Origin: Octopus bimaculoides | Taxonomy: Eukaryota | Reading direction: 5' to 3' | NCBI RefSeq assembly: GCF_001194135.2 | Contig: NC_068981.1 | Location: 156,931,651 to 156,971,802 of the forward strand | Length of the DNA: 40,152 nucleotides | Part shown: one piece after another, positions 38,740 through 40,152 of the stretch | Layout of the letters: the number at the start of each line of letters is the position of its first letter | How positions within the stretch are numbered: the first letter of the stretch is position 1 | Notes under the pieces: generated by a model | Databases searched by the model: none | Seen by the model: only the letters and a program-made list of their open reading frames with translations | Told to the model about the DNA's origin: nothing | Program-made: the position numbers and the translations under genes

Positions 38740-39016
38740 CAGTTCTATATTTAAGAGATGGGTAATTATGTACATTATTTACATTCGACAGATATTTGTC
38801 CTCATCTTGTTTGTTGTTAACACAATGTTTCGGCTGATATACCCTCCAGCCTTCTTCAAGTGTCTTGGGGAAATTTTGAACCTGGGTTCTCATTCCTAAG
38901 GCATTTTTCGATGTTATTATTATTATTATTGTTGTTCAGGTCACTGCTTTGAATCGAACTCAGAATCTTGGGGTTAGTAGCCCGCGCTCTTAACCACTAT
39001 GCCATATGCCCGTGGG
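38740..39016 (-). mobile_element. tRNA-derived SINE with (AAT)n spacer and a Penelope-like, hammerhead-bearing tail
   Basis: Pol III A box TGGCATAGTGG (38994-39004), B box GTTCGATTC (38951-38959), anticodon-arm-like CGGG-CTACTAA-CCCC; tail contains TGAAGA-GGCTG/CAGCC-GAAAC. Confidence 0.8.
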
Positions 39017-40152
39017 CAATTATGGAGTGAATTTTAGGGCTTATAAATCTAATATTTTCCTATCCTTCCTTAATACCAGTTCCCATATGCTGTTCATATC
39101 TACACTCAATCTGCTTAGGAGGTTGTTGTGTCCTAGCATATGTGCTAGGTAAGGTGCAACTGGGATCCTGAGTGGATATGTGAGCATATAAAAAGAGAAG
39201 CTGTATCTTCCAAACTAGAGTTCATGAGGCAAAGCCACTGGTATATTTTAGGCATCAGCATTCAAAGTATACTGAAGGTGCCAAAATGTATATTATCTAA
39301 TCTTAATGTTATCAGGTACTTTTTATGGTAATTACTGAAGGCTGTGGAATAAAAAAAAGCAAATATGGATGGGCAAAAACCAATGTGATTTTCAGATCTT
39401 GTTACCAATCACCTTAAAATAAGTACCTGACTAAAAAAAAAAGTCATTACGACTCTACTAATTACTCTATGATATAGAAGTTCTTGTAAAACTTAGCATT
39501 TGTTTAGTTTTCTAGTTGAACTCTTTCCACTATGTCACTAATTAGGTAAAAACAATTCTCAAATACAAGTCAGCAAAATAATTGTGCCACTGAGAATATT
39601 TCATCCTTCACATTACACATTGAGAAACTCAAGCATCAACTTATTACATTCTCCTTTTCATAACACACAAGCTGCTCCTTATCTGATGACAGAATACATT
39701 TTATTGACTACATATGTAAACATTATGTAAACTTCTTCCAGATACAACAAATTATGGTAATTTTGATCCATTCCTAGCAAATGTTGTTTTTACTTAACAA
39801 AATTCTTGAAACTAAGCTAAAATGGAGGTTACAATGTTGTTGTGTTTCAAGGCATTTCAAGTTTTTAATGGGACAAACTGGTAATAAAAATGTTGAAACT
39901 TAAATCTAATTATGATAAACACCTTGCTTGTTCTTTCTGTTGTATATAACAACAGGACTTGATGATACTTTCATCCTGATTAGATGTTGATCTTTTTCTT
40001 AACACTGGAGTACTACTTACACAGTTGAGATAATGCACCTTTTCCTGCCCATACAAGCACAAAAATTTTGGACCATATCACTAAGAGTTTGATTTTGTTC
40101 AGTATGTAAGAAAAGGGTAAGAACCCAGTACAAATTATATATATATATATAT

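Noticed and set aside
38945-39016. Possible tRNA gene
   Set aside because: Has A/B boxes but no complete acceptor-stem pairing and continues into a repeat body; it is a SINE head.

Overview
AT-rich, microsatellite- and SINE-dense eukaryotic scaffold DNA with three N gaps. The repeat style suggests a cephalopod (Octopus-like) genome; this is inference. Two protein-coding genes are supported. (1) The 3' five coding exons of a TMX3-like ER transmembrane thioredoxin gene on the minus strand (16704 to 9541); all junctions are GT-AG, in phase, and splice into one continuous reading frame. (2) The first coding exon (31297-31945, plus strand) of a secreted signal-peptide plus coiled-coil protein with an angiopoietin/fibrinogen-related-type N-terminus. 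I found no upstream TMX3 exons between 16.7 and 40.1 kb, so the second gene may be nested antisense in a TMX3 intron. The rest is many tRNA-derived SINE copies, LINE 3' tails, a dead RTE reverse-transcriptase fragment, a decayed LINE endonuclease, simple repeats and a local intronic tandem duplication. Highlights: a tRNA-headed SINE carrying a degenerate minimal (Penelope-type) hammerhead ribozyme fold, and a ~170-nt foldback hairpin. Everything was read and aligned by eye; no database searches were run.
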